Shown here piece after piece: positions 50,715-64,000 of a stretch of 64,000 nucleotides of DNA. Numbering within the stretch: position 1 is the first letter of the stretch; each line of letters begins with the position of its first letter. The notes under the pieces are model-generated. The model did no database searches and was not told where the DNA came from. It was given only the letters and a program-made list of their open reading frames with translations. A program made the position numbers and the translations under genes. The DNA is from Felis catus (Eukaryota): contig NC_058368.1 of the NCBI RefSeq assembly GCF_018350175.1, positions 94,304,001 through 94,368,000 of the forward strand. Reading direction: 5' to 3'.

Positions 50715-53700
50715 ACAGGTCTCACTTTAAATTTATGATCTCCAACCTCGGTGAGTCCTTAATGCTACCCAGTAATCATATTTCCCTGATCCCTCCATCT
50801 CCCAGACTCCTGGTCAACTGGTAGGTTCTCCTTTGTCAAAGCTCTGGCACTCCTGGCATCTTGCTTCCTCCTTCACTGAGAGAACTGAAGCCATCAGAAG
50901 AGAACTTCCATAGACTCCACATCTGGGTCCATGCACTCTGTTTTCTCTTCTGTGAGGGAGGAACTCCCCATGCTCCTGCCTAAGACCAGCTCACCCACTT
51001 ATGAAGCAGTCTCCTCCCCATGGCTCTAGCACTTCTCCCTCTCTCTCCTGAATCCTTTTCCCTCTCTCTCCCCAGTCATTCCCACCAGCTCTAGTACGTT
51101 CTCCCATCTTGAAAGAAGTCCTACCCCTACTTCCCCCTTCAGCCACTGCCCCCTGTCTTTCCCTCCCTTTCTGTCAGAATGCCTTAAACAAGGTGTCAGC
51201 ACACACAGCTTCAGATTTTTCTTCTCTTCTTCACTCTTTTTAAACATACTCCATTCAGGTTTTCAGCTCTGTTGTTGCTAAATCCAGAGGTTCTCATCAG
51301 TCCTCCTTTATTTGATTAAGATTCCTTACTTGCTAACCTGGCTTCTGAGACACTGCACTCGCCTGCTTTTCACCTGTCCCTAGAGGTGCTTCATTTCAGT
51401 CGCCTGGTCTCTCTGACCTCTTCTTCGGCAAGTCCCGTAGGAGACACAGAATGTGACCACACACTATCTGCACGGCCACCACGCCGGTCCAGGCCTCCGT
51501 TGGCTCTTGCCTAGACTGTTAACATAGGTTCCTAATGTTCTTCCTGCTTCCACTGTCTTTTCTGTTTCATCTTTTCTTAGCAAAACAGCTGGCGATACTG
51601 TTGAAATAGGTCACCTCTTACATTCTGAATTCTCCGGTGGCTTTCCTTCTAGCTCCGAGTAAAATCCAGATTCCTTACGATTGACCCATGAGGCCCCACA
51701 GGCTCTGACTCCTCTCCCCGTACCCTTCTGCTTCTCTTACTTCATCTTCTCTCTTTCTCCCTTTTGCTCCAGCCCCTGTGGCCAGCTTGCTGTTTCTCAA
51801 ATAACACCAGCCGTGCCTCCACCTCAGAGCCTTTGTGTTTGTTCTTTTTTTTTCTTTTTTAATTTTTAAAAAATGTTTGCTTACTTATTTTGGGACAGAG
51901 CATGAGCAGGGGAGGGGCACAAGGAGTTTGCTAGAAAAATAAAATTTAGTTGCTACGTGCTAGTGATATTTTATTTTGTTTATTTATTTTTTTTATCTGA
52001 GCACTGATTCCATTGGCGAAAGTCATGAAGCTGTGTATACACTTGAGATTTTCGTACCTTTTGTTTGTGATAGTTAAAACTAACTCTGGCACAATAAACA
52101 AATGTAACTGCTACAAATAATTGTGCTGGAGTAAGATTATCATGAAGGAGTGCTCTGAACATACATTTTCTTTCTCTTTCTCGGCCCCAGACAGGGCAAA
52201 AACATAGGGGCATGGTGTAGGCACATGGTAGTCAATTGGAGAAAGCTGCATGTAAAAAAGAAGTTTTTTTGTGCCAAATAAGTTTCATGGTTTTGCAGTC
52301 AGCACAAAGGGGGCATGCTTAGAGATCTAGTTAGTATGATAGGGTAATGAGAAATTAACCAAAGCAGAAAACTTTGGCAGTAATTCTGAGTTCCAAAGTT
52401 TAAGAACAGTAAAAGTGGCCAGATTAAGGCTTTTGGTATCAAATATTGTTAATAATGGAAGAAAAAAAAGGGCAAGTGATAAATGGAGCATTTCATATGC
52501 CAAATTACTCTTGATCCATAATTTTCAAACTAGGTTTTAAGAAAGGTGGGTGTCTGAGTTCCATGAAGCCACAAAGTGATCATAGCAGACATTCTTGCTC
52601 TTTTTTTTTTTTTTTTTTTTCCATTTTTTAAAAATTTGTTTCTGAGAGAGAGAGAGCACAAGCAGGGGTGGGACAGAAAGAGGGGGAGACACAGAATCCA
52701 AAGCAGACTCGGCCGTCAGCACAGAGCCCTATGTGGGGCTCGAACCCATGAACTGTGAGATCATGACCTGAGCTGAAGTCCAACGGTCAACTGACTGAGC
52801 CACCCAGTAGCCCCTGCTCTTTCATTTTTTAATTGGTGGTGAGGAAATGATGACTTTAAGATATATATGTTTGTAATATGAGGTAGAATAGAAATTTTTA
52901 TAATATTTAAAGCTGTAAGAGGAAACTTCAAAGAAATTTTGAGTTTGAGGTGAATATGCCTCAGGAGCCCTTAGATAGATACTTAATTTCCTCTTGGGGC
53001 CTCCGTGAGAAACACTGCTAAGTTTTATTGTGTTTTGTTTTCCCAAAGGCTTTTCTAGTAAAGAGAGAGAAGGAAACTTACTTATGTATGAATTAGGTAA
53101 CAGTTAAGGGTTAATCAGAACCCAGTATTGCACTGCCTTTTAACTTTGTTCATTAACACATTTCTTGGTTTATCCCATATAGGTAGTAGTTAATTCATTA
53201 CACTATTATTTCATAGAAACTTTGTGTTTTTTAGAAAATGATTTGTTTTTTAGAAAATGATTTGTTAACATGAAACTGTTTCCTATTTCTCTCTCACTTG
53301 TCCACAACTGAAGGGAGTGGTAGACATACACACTGCATTCCAAAACACTTTATTTCCTTGAGCTAGCTACTAATGTTACAAGAGGAAAAAAAGGAGAAAA
53401 GCAATCTGTTTCAAATTTACCCTGTAAGAGAAAGATTGCAGTTGAGAACGACTAAAACAAATATGAATTTTCCTAGAGACCAATCAGAAGTATTTTATAT
53501 TTGTGTCCTGGGATTTAAGCCATCATCATTATTTCTTTGTTTCTGTGACTGATCTTAATGGTTACGATAGTTTAGTGGTTATATCTCAGAAGAGAATTAT
53601 ATGGGGAGTTGTCAAAGAACAAATATCCTGCATCAAATCTGAAATAAATTCTATCACACCTTTCTGGAAAGTGGAAACTGGGTCTGTTTCCACTTTTTTT

Positions 53701-55165
53701 GTAAGATATTTTTGTAAGATATTTTAGCCATTACTCTTCAAATGTTGATAATTTGTCTTGATACTAGGTAAGACGCAGCAAAGAAGATTTCAGGAGTATT
53801 GTGTCACTTACCTATTACTAATGTAGGTTAGAGCTGTTATTCTAAGAGAGTCCAATTGAGTTATCAAATGTTGATCTGTCATGTCATAAAAAAAGTTCTG
53901 TAACTTCCCTTACAGGGACAATTAAATTTACCGCTTACCACCAACATGTTGGAGGTTCTGTGGTTGCTGTCTTTCCCCTGCGATTACCAGGGATCGTTAA
54001 ATACTTCAGAGGGAGTGCTGAGCATGCACGAGGCAGTCACTTTAAAAATGTTGGTTGAATGAACAAAGGTGGAAGGGAATAGCTTATAGCTTCTTCTGTT
54101 TCATGAAACAGCGAATCAGAAGCTTAGTTAGAGCTGATTTTCTTGCTTCGTCCATCCTCTCTCTAGCTTCAAGAAAGTCAAGTGTAATGTCAAAAGTAGA
54201 AATGGAAAATTATAAATCAAGAGAGTTTAGATCAAAACTTCTTGGTCTTGTATATTCTTTAAAGAATTGATCAGGAAAACAAAACATCTATCTATCTATC
54301 TATATATTTTAAATAAGTTTATTGATTTATTTTGAGAGAGAGAGCCCAAGCAGGGGAGGGGCAGAGAGGGATGGGGGACAGAGGATCCCAAGCAGGCTCT
54401 GTGCTGATAGCAGACAGCCCAATGTGGGGCTCGAACTCATGAACCGTGAGACCATGACCTGAGCCGAAATTGGAAGCTTAACTGACTGAGCCCCACAGAT
54501 GTCCCAAACGTCATCATATAATTCAGAAACATGCTAATAAATTTTGCTTTTTTCTCAATGTTGAAAATGATACCATTCAAATAATCATTGGGAGCATGTA
54601 TTTTTATGCAGAGGTTTTGTGTTTCTGAGGTATGCATATGCTGTCCCAGATTTGACTTTTTATCTTTTGTGAAATCTGAGAGAAGGCATCATCACTAAAT
54701 TCCCTGTGGAATTTAGGCCACTGTATCACCAAATTGAGTACCATCAGCCTCTGTTTTCTTTTGTTTCTTTTTTTAATTCTTTGTAAGTAAGTTGGGGAAA
54801 TGGTGATCCTTTTTTGTTTCTGATACGTACTATTTGAGTGTGATATTGACTGCCATATAAGCAAATTTCAGACTTGATACCTGGCTTTTTTTAGTCTTTC
54901 TGTTGTAGCATGTCTTCATTGGCAGTGTTAAAATATTTACAGAGTGAGAATGAGAGGTTCATTAAATATTGACAGTGGTTGGTTGAGTTATTTATAAGCA
55001 GCCATATTGTCCTCAATTAATTTATTATGCCAAGCTGATAATAAATGGAGGCATAAAAGTTCACTAGATAATTCCAAATTCTGTTACAGTTTTCTGTACC
55101 GCATGTAGCAATTACATCAGCATCAGGTCTTGTTTGGTTGTAGTCAGGACAAAATTGAGTACTAA

Positions 55166-55765
55166 TGTTGCAGGCAGGATTTTCTACCTCAATACTCGGG
55201 ATTCGTTGTCTTGCCACTTTGCAGGATGAAAGAGGTGGACACAAATTGAGCAGCAGGCAAAAGTTATTAGAGTGCAAGAAAAGAAGAGTATTAGGAGAGC
55301 TCTCTTTACAGAGAGGGGGGCATTAGAAAATGAATACCCGGAACATAAGGCCAGGGTCCTTGTTTTATAAGGTTCTGATCAGCCCCCCTTCGTGCCTTCC
55401 CCCTAGTTCCTTCTCAGGTTCTACCCTTATTGGCTTGATAGCTCTAGGTGCTGGGTTGTCCATTCCTGATTGGCTCGACTCCATTGTGTGAGGGATCAGA
55501 CTGGTCGTACTGTCCCTCGTATAACATAAGTTTCATGGTTTACTTTTTTTAGTTAGGTACCTTGATTGTCAAATTCCTGAGGGGAACCTGAGGCGGGGAG
55601 TAGGTGGGCTCTGTTACATTCTTAAGAGGAACCTTACACCCAAGGGGGTTTGCTGTGGTTAGACACTCCTAGTACTGTTACAAAATACGTGTTTTTCCCC
55701 ACCCAGGGACCTCAGGTCCTAACCTTTCCCTCTCTGCCTATTTTATCCTGTCCTTCCCTATTACA
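55166..55765 (-). mobile_element. ERV solo LTR, 600 bp, probably class I (ERV1)
   Basis: TG...CA termini with a 4-bp TSD CTAA (55162, 55766); two CCAAT boxes and TATAAAA on the minus strand. Confidence 0.85.
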
Positions 55766-56100
55766 CTAACAGCTGAACTTTTCTTTAGGTTAAAAAAGAT
55801 GTTTGATCATACATGGTGTTATAATATGTATATAAACCAGAGCTCCATGTGTAGCATTTGTTGTTGCTATGGTACTGAACGTTAGACCGACGTTTGTGAA
55901 ATTATTTTACTTATGGCTGCTGATGCTGATTGAACCAAATATTGAGCTTGTCATTTGATTTTAATAGACCTTGAATTTTTTCACCTGTATAAAGCATGCC
56001 TATTTAATTTACTTATTCCTTCCTTCCTTCATTCATCCGTTTATATTTTAGAGAGGGAGAAAGTGTGTGTGCACACGAGTTGGAGGAGGGGCAGAGAGAC

Positions 56101-56150
<50 letters not shown>

Positions 56151-58169
56151 TCTTAAGCAGGCTCCACGCTCAGCATGGAGCCAGATGTAGGGCTTGATCC
56201 CACAATGCTGGGATCATGACCTGAGCTGAAATCGAGTCAGATGCTCAACCAACTGAGCCACCCAGGTGCCCCAAGGGTGCCTATTTTAATTTGCTGCCTA
56301 TAAACTTCATGAGGTTGTTAGAAAGATCAGTGAATTAAAGCAAGCTAGTTATGGTTAACATCATTCAGCCTCTGCCCCTGTACTGGCTGTATAACTTTGT
56401 TCAAGTTACTTAACCTCTTTGACCTTCATTGACCTCATCTACAAAATGGAGTGATAATAATAATGCCAACCTATAGAGTAGGTATAAGCATCAAAAAAGA
56501 TACATGAAGCTTATGGCTAAATGACTGACGTGTAGCAGACAGTGGTTTTTAGCTAACTTTACCATTAAAGCGTATATTTATAAGGAAGGCATACAAAGTA
56601 TTATTCCATTAGTATGCAAATTGAATTGGATAAGGAAGTTCTATTTTATCTTATTTTTATGAGAATTTGTTAATCTTTTTATCCTCTATGTTGTGTGCTT
56701 AGAATGAATTCTATATGGTGATAGAGTTAGCCACTAAGAAATTGACCTAATTGGAGGAACTTGTAAGTCAAGAATACTTAAGTGAAGAAAGATCCCATGA
56801 TCTTCCCTTTATCACATAGGAAATTGTGCTAGGTGGGTGCTGCTGGACATAGAATGGTGTGCCAGTGGAAGCCTCACTGCCTACCACCCCGTGTCATTGT
56901 TCTCTTTTATTATAAGGCTATGCTTGAAAGCACCTTGTTAAGTAGCATACTGCATCAACTTTGGGCTCTCTAGGTTATTTTTAAGAATTATCTAGGAAGA
57001 TCAGCTGGCCAGCACTTAGGGACTATGGGAAGTTGCAGCTCCCCTGGGCGGCGGGTGCCGGGAGATAAACCGCTGGTCCATGGGAGGATGAGTTCTGGTG
57101 CAGTTCCTCTTCTGACGAAAGAGGGAGCCCTGGCCCAGTTGGCTTATTTTGCCAGCAATCCAGAGTGATTACTTGGGATCATTTCAGGAAAATTTACACT
57201 TGCTACACCATACTTTAACCTGAGTATTAAAAGTTTCTGTTTTCAGTAAGATTCATTTCTCATATACATGTAAGAAACCAAAAAATGTTTCTATAAACAA
57301 TTCGTTTTCTATCTTATTTTTACTGAGAAGTCTGTTTTCCAATAATTGGAAATATATTCACTTTTCACTTATTTACACTGTTGCTTCGTGATAAATCTTG
57401 GTATTGAATTTGAAGATTCTTTTCAATTTACCTGTTAACTTTTCAGCCACCCTCTAGGGAGGCATCATAGAGTCAGGTTGGTGTTTGGAGTCAAATGGCA
57501 TGGATTTGAATACTGCCTCTTGCCATCTAACAGTTATATAACTTTGAGCAAATTACTTAACCGTATCCACTTATCCATTCCCAATTCTCTCGTCTGTAGG
57601 TGCTGATAGGCATACCTACCTTATCAATATTGTTGTAAGAATGAGAACTAATGTTTATAGTTGGCATAGGGCCTAGAACATGGTAGATATGTTATTATGT
57701 AATTTCTAGTGGTGAAGAAAGTATTTAAAAAATTTTTTTAATGTTTGTTTATTTTTGAGAGAGAAAGTGTGAGTGGGGGAGGGGCAGAGAGAGAGGGCGA
57801 CAGAAGATCTGATGTGGGCTTCCTGCTGACAGTCACGAGCCCGAAGTGGGGCTCAAACTCACCGTGAGATCATGACCTGAGCTTACATCGGACGCTCAGC
57901 CAACTGAGCCACTCAGGCACACCTGTAAAGAAAGTATTTTGGAACTCAAGTACTTAAAGTCAGAATTTTGGAACTAGAAAAAAATAAAATTTATTTTTTT
58001 CTCCTTTTAAAGTAGGTTTGAGAGAGAGAGAAAAACTCAACTTATTTTGGTGTTTTTCTTTGACTTAAGGTGAATTCCTAATTTGCCAGGGTAGGATGGT
58101 TGGTTTTCAGGGAGGAATTGGTAATACAGGAGGAGACTCATTAAGCTTGGGTTTTCAAATTTTCTTCTT

Positions 58170-58910
58170 TAAAGTTTTCAAAAACATATGTTGAAATTAT
58201 TTCATACTTACAAAAGAGTGACAAATACAATACAAAGAATTCTTGCATATCATACCTTCACCCAGATTCCCTAAATTTAACATCTTCTATAACCACAGTA
58301 TAATGACTAAAATCGGGAAATCAACATTGATATAATACTGTTATTTAATCTGCAGACCTCATTTAAAACTTGCCAGTTGTCCCGTGTATTGTCATTTTTC
58401 TCATTCAGAGTTTAATTCAAGTCACGTACTGCATTTAGTTTTCACATCTCCTGAGTCTCCCTGACTCTGTAATAGTTCATCTTTGTCTTTCATGCATTCC
58501 ATGTCTTTCATATCTGGAGCCTTTAAAGAGTACAAGTCCATTATTTTATAGAATATTCCTCAGTTTGAGTATACCGCAGAAGCGCTGTTAACATCCTTTT
58601 CAGTGCATCGTATCAAGAGGGACACGATCTCATTTTGTCTCACTATAATATTTATTCCGACCCCTTGGTTAAGACCGTGCCTGCCAGGTTCGTCTACTGT
58701 AAACTTCTGTTATCTCTTTGTGCTTGAAAGTATCTTATGGGGAATAATTTTGAGATGATGTAAATATCCTTTATCTAATCATCTTTTTGGTCATTAATTT
58801 CAGTTTGTTTCAGTGATTCCTGCCTGAAGAATTAGTGTTGTGGCGTTTGCCAAATGGTGATTTTCCAGTATGCCCTCTGTATTGACTAGTTAAAATTATA
58901 TAAGGAAAAT
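58170..58910 (-). mobile_element. L1MC-type 3' end
   Basis: gaaattatttcatacttacaaaagagt...cccagattccc...aatcaacattgatataatact pattern. Confidence 0.7.
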
Positions 58911-61900
58911 CTTTCTAGGTTTTGCATTTATTTTATTTTGTTCTAAGTCGTATCAATTGTACCATATACATGGAAGAACATTTTTAATTATATGTGGGAG
59001 AATATTTTTCAAGATCAGATATGATTTTTAGATCAGCTTTTGCTTGTAAGTTTAAATATAATTTTAATAATCTCTCACGAGTCGCTTTTGTGCACAGAAG
59101 GAAATGATTCAGAGGCTATTTTCATTTTCAAAATTAGTGTTTTGGGCACCTGGGTGGCTCAGTTGGTTGATTGTCCAACTTTGGCTCAGGTCTATGAGTT
59201 TGTGAGGTTGGCTCACAGTTTGTGAATTTGAGCCCTGCATCAGGCTTTCTGCTGTCAGCACGGAGCCTGCTTAGAATCCTCTGTCCCTCTGTCTCTGCCC
59301 CTCCCCTGCTTGTGTGCGTATACGCTCTCTCTCTCTCTCTTAAAAATAAACATCAAAAAAAACAAAATTAATATTTGGTTGAAAACCCTGATTCTTCCTT
59401 AGACTTCTAAATCCAACATACAAATCATATTAAGTCATTTTAATGGAGGGGCTCCAATATAATTAAGTTTCCTATGGTACAAGAAGTCCGCTTTCCACAA
59501 TTCTGTGTTCATGTGGGTGGTAGAAGTATTGAAAGTTAGTTTTTGCTTTATACTATTCTGTATTTTCCAAATTTTCTAAGTAACTACTTACTACATTAAA
59601 ATCAAGTACTATTTCCTATTGTTGGAGGCAGTATGCCTAGTGAATAAGAATTTGGGTTCTGCAGTGAGACTTTCTTCTACTTACCCGTGTTAGTAGTTAG
59701 TTGACTTTTTGCTAATTTAGAACCTTTCTTGCTGTAAGTGGCCGATAATAAAAGTATCTGCCTTATGACTTACCATGAAGGAGTAAATAAAATAATATAC
59801 TTAAAGCGCCTGGAACCATAGCAATGACATAATAACATGTACTCAATAGATTTTGGCTATTATCATTAACCTTTTTTTTTTTTTTTTTAAGAAAAACAGA
59901 AATAAGTCACATAGAAAGAATCCTTGATGTGAACTCTTTTAGAATCATTTTGATGTGAGAGTAGAAGACAGCTTGCCCTCTCATCAACTTTTAATTTTTA
60001 CATGCTGAGGTTGAGAGTTTAATCTGTGTAAAGTACTGGTACGAGGTAAATGCACAATAAATGGCTCTGTTTTTACTAAGACTGTCCTCATCGGCATGTT
60101 AGCGTCCGGGTCAGGTTTGGTGGAAATTCGGTCCAGAACCCAGTCATATTCCAAGTCGAGTGCCATTTACACACCTTAAGCACCGTATTTTGAAGATCCT
60201 GAATCTCCATGCAGTAGTACGTACTGGAGAGTGTCCCTAGGCTGTATTCATCGTGTTCTTCAAAGGCCGTTGATCTGGTTTTAAGTTCAGTTTGCCTTCC
60301 CCAGCTCTTCTGGTACATTTTTTTTTAATGTTTTTATTTATTTATTATTGAGACAGAGAAAGAGCATGAGCAGGGGAGGGGCAGAGAGAGAGGGAGACAC
60401 AGAATCCAAAGCAGGCTCCAGGCTCTAAGCTGTCAGCACAGAGCCCGACGCGGGGCTCAAACTCATGGAGTGTGAGATCATGACCTGAGCTGAAGTTGGA
60501 TGCTCAGCCAACTGAGCCAACCAGGCGCCCCTCTTCTGGTACATTTTTAGTGGCGTTTTTTGGATTCTTGGCTTGAGCTAAACCAGTATCTCTCTAGAAC
60601 ATCTTGCTGCTGACTAAAAACAATTTTTTTTTTTTTTAGATCTCTTGCCATATTATTAGTATTCTTAAATTTGTGCCTCCTATTTTGGGGTTTAAGACTT
60701 TTTCTATCTTATGATATGTCAACTTAACATTTACATATTTCATTTAATGTTATAGATTTCCTGCTGAAATCTGATAGAAGTCCTCAAACTCAGAAAAAAA
60801 TAATTATATTTTACCTAGAAACAAAACTCTAAAGGGAGGGTGGGGGGCTCCTGGGTGACTCGATTAGTTAAGTGTCTGACTTCAGCTCAGGTCATGATCT
60901 TATGGTCTATGAGTTTGAGCCCCTCGTCAGGCTCTGTGCTGACAGCTCAGAGCCTGGAGCCTGCTTTGGATTCTGTGACTCCTTCTCTCTCTGCCTCTCC
61001 CCCACACATGCTCTGTCTCTTAAAAAATATATATTTTTTTAAATAAAGTGGGGGGTGGGTCTGCCATGTAAGTGATAACTGCTTAAGGATATTTTGTGGC
61101 TTCTGTTTTACCTAAGGCATATTTTTATTTCTCCATATGTGTATATTATAATACTAGCCAACATACATATTCTTGAAGGGAGACATTGTTCTAAGCCCTT
61201 TATGTGTATTCATTTTTTTTGATGTTTTATTTTATTTTTGAGAGAGAGACAACACAAATGGGGTAGCGGCAGAGAGAGAGGGAGACACAGAATTTGAAGC
61301 AGGCTCCAGGCTCTGAGCTATCAGCACAGAGCCTAATGCGGGGCTCGAACTCATGAGCTGTGAGATCATTACCTGAGCCGAAGTTGGACGCTCAACTGAC
61401 TGAGCCACCCAGGTGCTCCGATTTTTTATTGTTTTATGTGCTTGAATTCTCTCATGAGAGTCTCAACTTAATACCCTGCTTATGTATTCCCAAGATAGCT
61501 TCAATTTGATTTCTTTGGCCTTTGTCCTCCAAGAGTTCATTTTCTTGTCATTGAGTATGGCTTTATTTTCATCAATATATGTTTAATTTTTTTTTTAATG
61601 TTTATTTTTGAGAGAGGGAGAGACAGAGACAGCATGAGTGGGGGAGGGGCAGAGAGAGAGAGGGAGACAGCATCTGAAGTAGGCTCCAGGCTCTGAGCTG
61701 TCAGCACTGAGCCGATAGGGGGCTCAAATTCACAGACTGTGATATCATGACCTGAGCCAAAGTTGGATGCTTAACCTCCTGAGCCCCCCAGGCACCCCTA
61801 TATATATTCATCACTAAAACGACTGCATGGCATAAGTACCATTATTATGTCCAGATGAAGAAACTAAGATTTAGAGCTAAATAACTTGCCCTAGATTTCA

Positions 61901-62299
61901 TAGAGGCTAAGCTGGAATTTTAATAGAGACATGCTTGCCAAAGCTTATGCTCTTACGTTCTAAGCACTGTTAAATACTTACCTGCCTCATAACAGATTCC
62001 GGTTACCTTTGTGGCCCAGACCCAGGTTTGTAATTAAAGATAAAGGAAACACAAGAAAATTTTGTTACAAGGGCACTGGGAAGGGAGAGTATTTCTGTGT
62101 GGATGTGAATCTGTTTATTTTGTTTCTTTTTGGAAAATTAGATAATTATTAAAATGAAGGAAAACTTAAAATATGATTCTCTTAGTAAATTAATATTTTC
62201 CCCATTAACCTTTGAATTTTTGTAGGGCAGAGATCATTGAGTTGCTGCTTAGTAGATAACCGTTCTATTTAAATTGACCTTAAAACTTGTATCATTTTT

Positions 62300-63015
62300 A
62301 TTTTTTTTTATTTGTATTATTTTTGTTAAGCTTATTTATTTTGAGAGAGAAAGAGAGAGAGAAGGAAGTGGGAGAGGGACAGAGAGAGAGGAAGAATCCC
62401 AAGCAGATTCCACCGTGGCAGCACGGAGCCTGACGTGGGGCTCGATCTCTTGAACCGTGAGATCATGACCTGAGCCAAAATCGAGAGTCAGACACAAATG
62501 ACTGAGCCACCTAGGCACCCCAGAATTTTTATCATTTTGAAAATGAAACATAAAAGTGGTGCCTGGGCTCAGTTGGTTAAGTGTGTGGCTTGATTTCAGC
62601 TCAGATCATGATCTCATGGTTTGAGAGGTCCAGCCCTGCATTGGGCTCTGCGCTGACAGTGCAGAACCTGCTTGGGCTCCTCTCTCTGCCCTTCCCCCAC
62701 TTGTGCTCACTTTCTCCCTCTTTCTCTATCTCAAATAAACTTAAAAAAAAAAAAAAAAAAGAAACGTAAGAGAGTGGTATTTACCATGTCACTTTTAAAT
62801 TTTTTTTTTTCAACGTTTTTATTTATTTTTGGGACAGAGAGAGACAGAGCATGAACGGGGGAGGGGCAGAGAGAGAGGGAGACACAGAATCGGAAACAGG
62901 CTCCAGGCTCTGAGCCATCAGCCCAGAGCCTGACGCGGGGCTCGAACTCACGGACCGCGAGATCGTGACCTGGCTGAAGTCGGACGCTTAACCGACTGCG
63001 CCACCCAGGCGCCCC
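62300..63015. mobile_element. Three closely packed Can-SINEs (-, +, -); the last is a young copy
   Basis: Copies at 62300-62521 (-), 62556-62760 (+) and 62798-63015 (-; TSD TACCATGTCACTTTTA at 62782 and 63016). Confidence 0.92.
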
Positions 63016-64000
63016 TACCATGTCACTTTTAGTACTTGGTTCTTTTTATCTATCTCCTTGTGAAATATAATGCAATCGCAACTTTGTTACTATTTTTTAT
63101 TCTGTCTAGAACCCCAAAGGCCCATTAATTTGTTGTTCTTAATTTCTTTACTTCATTTTGTAGATTATTAGTTTTGTCTTGGCCTTGTCCATATGACACA
63201 TCAGTGTGTGTATCTACATACAAAGCTCCAATTTCTAACTATATTAAGAATTTTTGCTGAATCAAAATAAGATTAATGGAAACTTTTTTTTAAGATTTAT
63301 TTTTTAAGTAATCTCTACACACAACATGGTGCTCAGACTCGCAACCCCGAAGAGTCACATGCTCTATGACTGAACCAGCCAGGCACCCAGTGGAAGAGGG
63401 TTTTTTTGAAGAGGGTTTTTGATTTGTTTAGACCAGACTTAGCATTTAAATGTCTTAAATCTTAAGAATTCTTTTCCTAAATTAAGAACCTGTAGTTATA
63501 ATGACATTTTACGGCAGGACACTTTTTTTTTTGTATTTATATTTTTCAAAGGTGGTATTGTTCTGGTTTAAATATAGGCAACATTTTTCTTTCTATATTA
63601 ATAAGCATATCACAAAGGCCTGCCAGCCTCAGCAGGTAGTCACCTTGCTTTTATATCAGTGTTCACCTGCAGAATTAGACTTTTCTATTTCTATTTCAAT
63701 TTTATAATCCTTGCATGTTTTGAACAGCCAGATGAACAGTACTGGTTTCCTTTTATTAGATGTGTTACGCACTTTATCAAAATTATCGAACTAGATCTGT
63801 GAGGTAATCCAAAAACGTAGGTAGTTTTATCACTGTTTTCTAGTTCTGAGGTTTGGGGGAGTAAGTGATGCTGAAGCTCACATAGCAAGGTAGCAACAGA
63901 GGTGGTTTCCTCACCACTAGACCCTACTGTCTCTTTGACAGCCCATAGTTTTTTGCTACTCCATGGTTTGCCAGTGGTTCACTTAAAGCTACCAGGAAAA

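Larger units (their letters stand above)
47250..51840 (+). mobile_element. Long L2 LINE relic hosting nested LTR, L1 and SINE insertions
   Basis: L2-like motifs (tctagaccttgt, ggtctcactttaaatttatgatc, gagtaaaatccagattccttac...gaggcccc) run collinearly across the insertions. Confidence 0.72.

Noticed and set aside
59984..60318. Two overlapping minus-strand ORFs in a mildly CpG-rich segment (possible retrocopy or viral fragment)
   Set aside because: No protein similarity that I recognise and no poly(A) or TSD; parts resemble degenerate MIR. A tblastx or Dfam search would settle it.
46986..64000. AP3S1 exon 4 and later
   Set aside because: The expected VFVETLDKCF-like sequence was not found; it presumably lies beyond the window.

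Overview
Mammalian genomic DNA from a felid, judged by about 40 tRNA-derived Can-SINEs of the cat SINEC_Fc type and carnivore L1s. The window holds the complete ATG12 gene on the minus strand (4 coding exons, 19679->8220, 140 aa, ending in the conjugation glycine) and the first three coding exons of AP3S1 on the plus strand (20166->46985, gene continues past the window). The genes lie head-to-head with start codons 486 bp apart in a CpG-island bidirectional promoter. The rest is intron or flank filled with SINEs, L1, L2, MIR, LTRs and MITEs. I found no convincing new gene or biological system. The best leads are an L1 3' transduction inside an L2 (48621-50728), a tandem duplication of an internally deleted SINE, an antisense solo LTR with an intact TSD, a CpG-rich Tigger-like MITE, a tail-less SINE insertion, a G4/Z-DNA/G4 cassette in the promoter, and splice/circRNA hypotheses for both genes. 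Repeat family names come from recalled consensus sequences, not a search, and most repeat boundaries are approximate.
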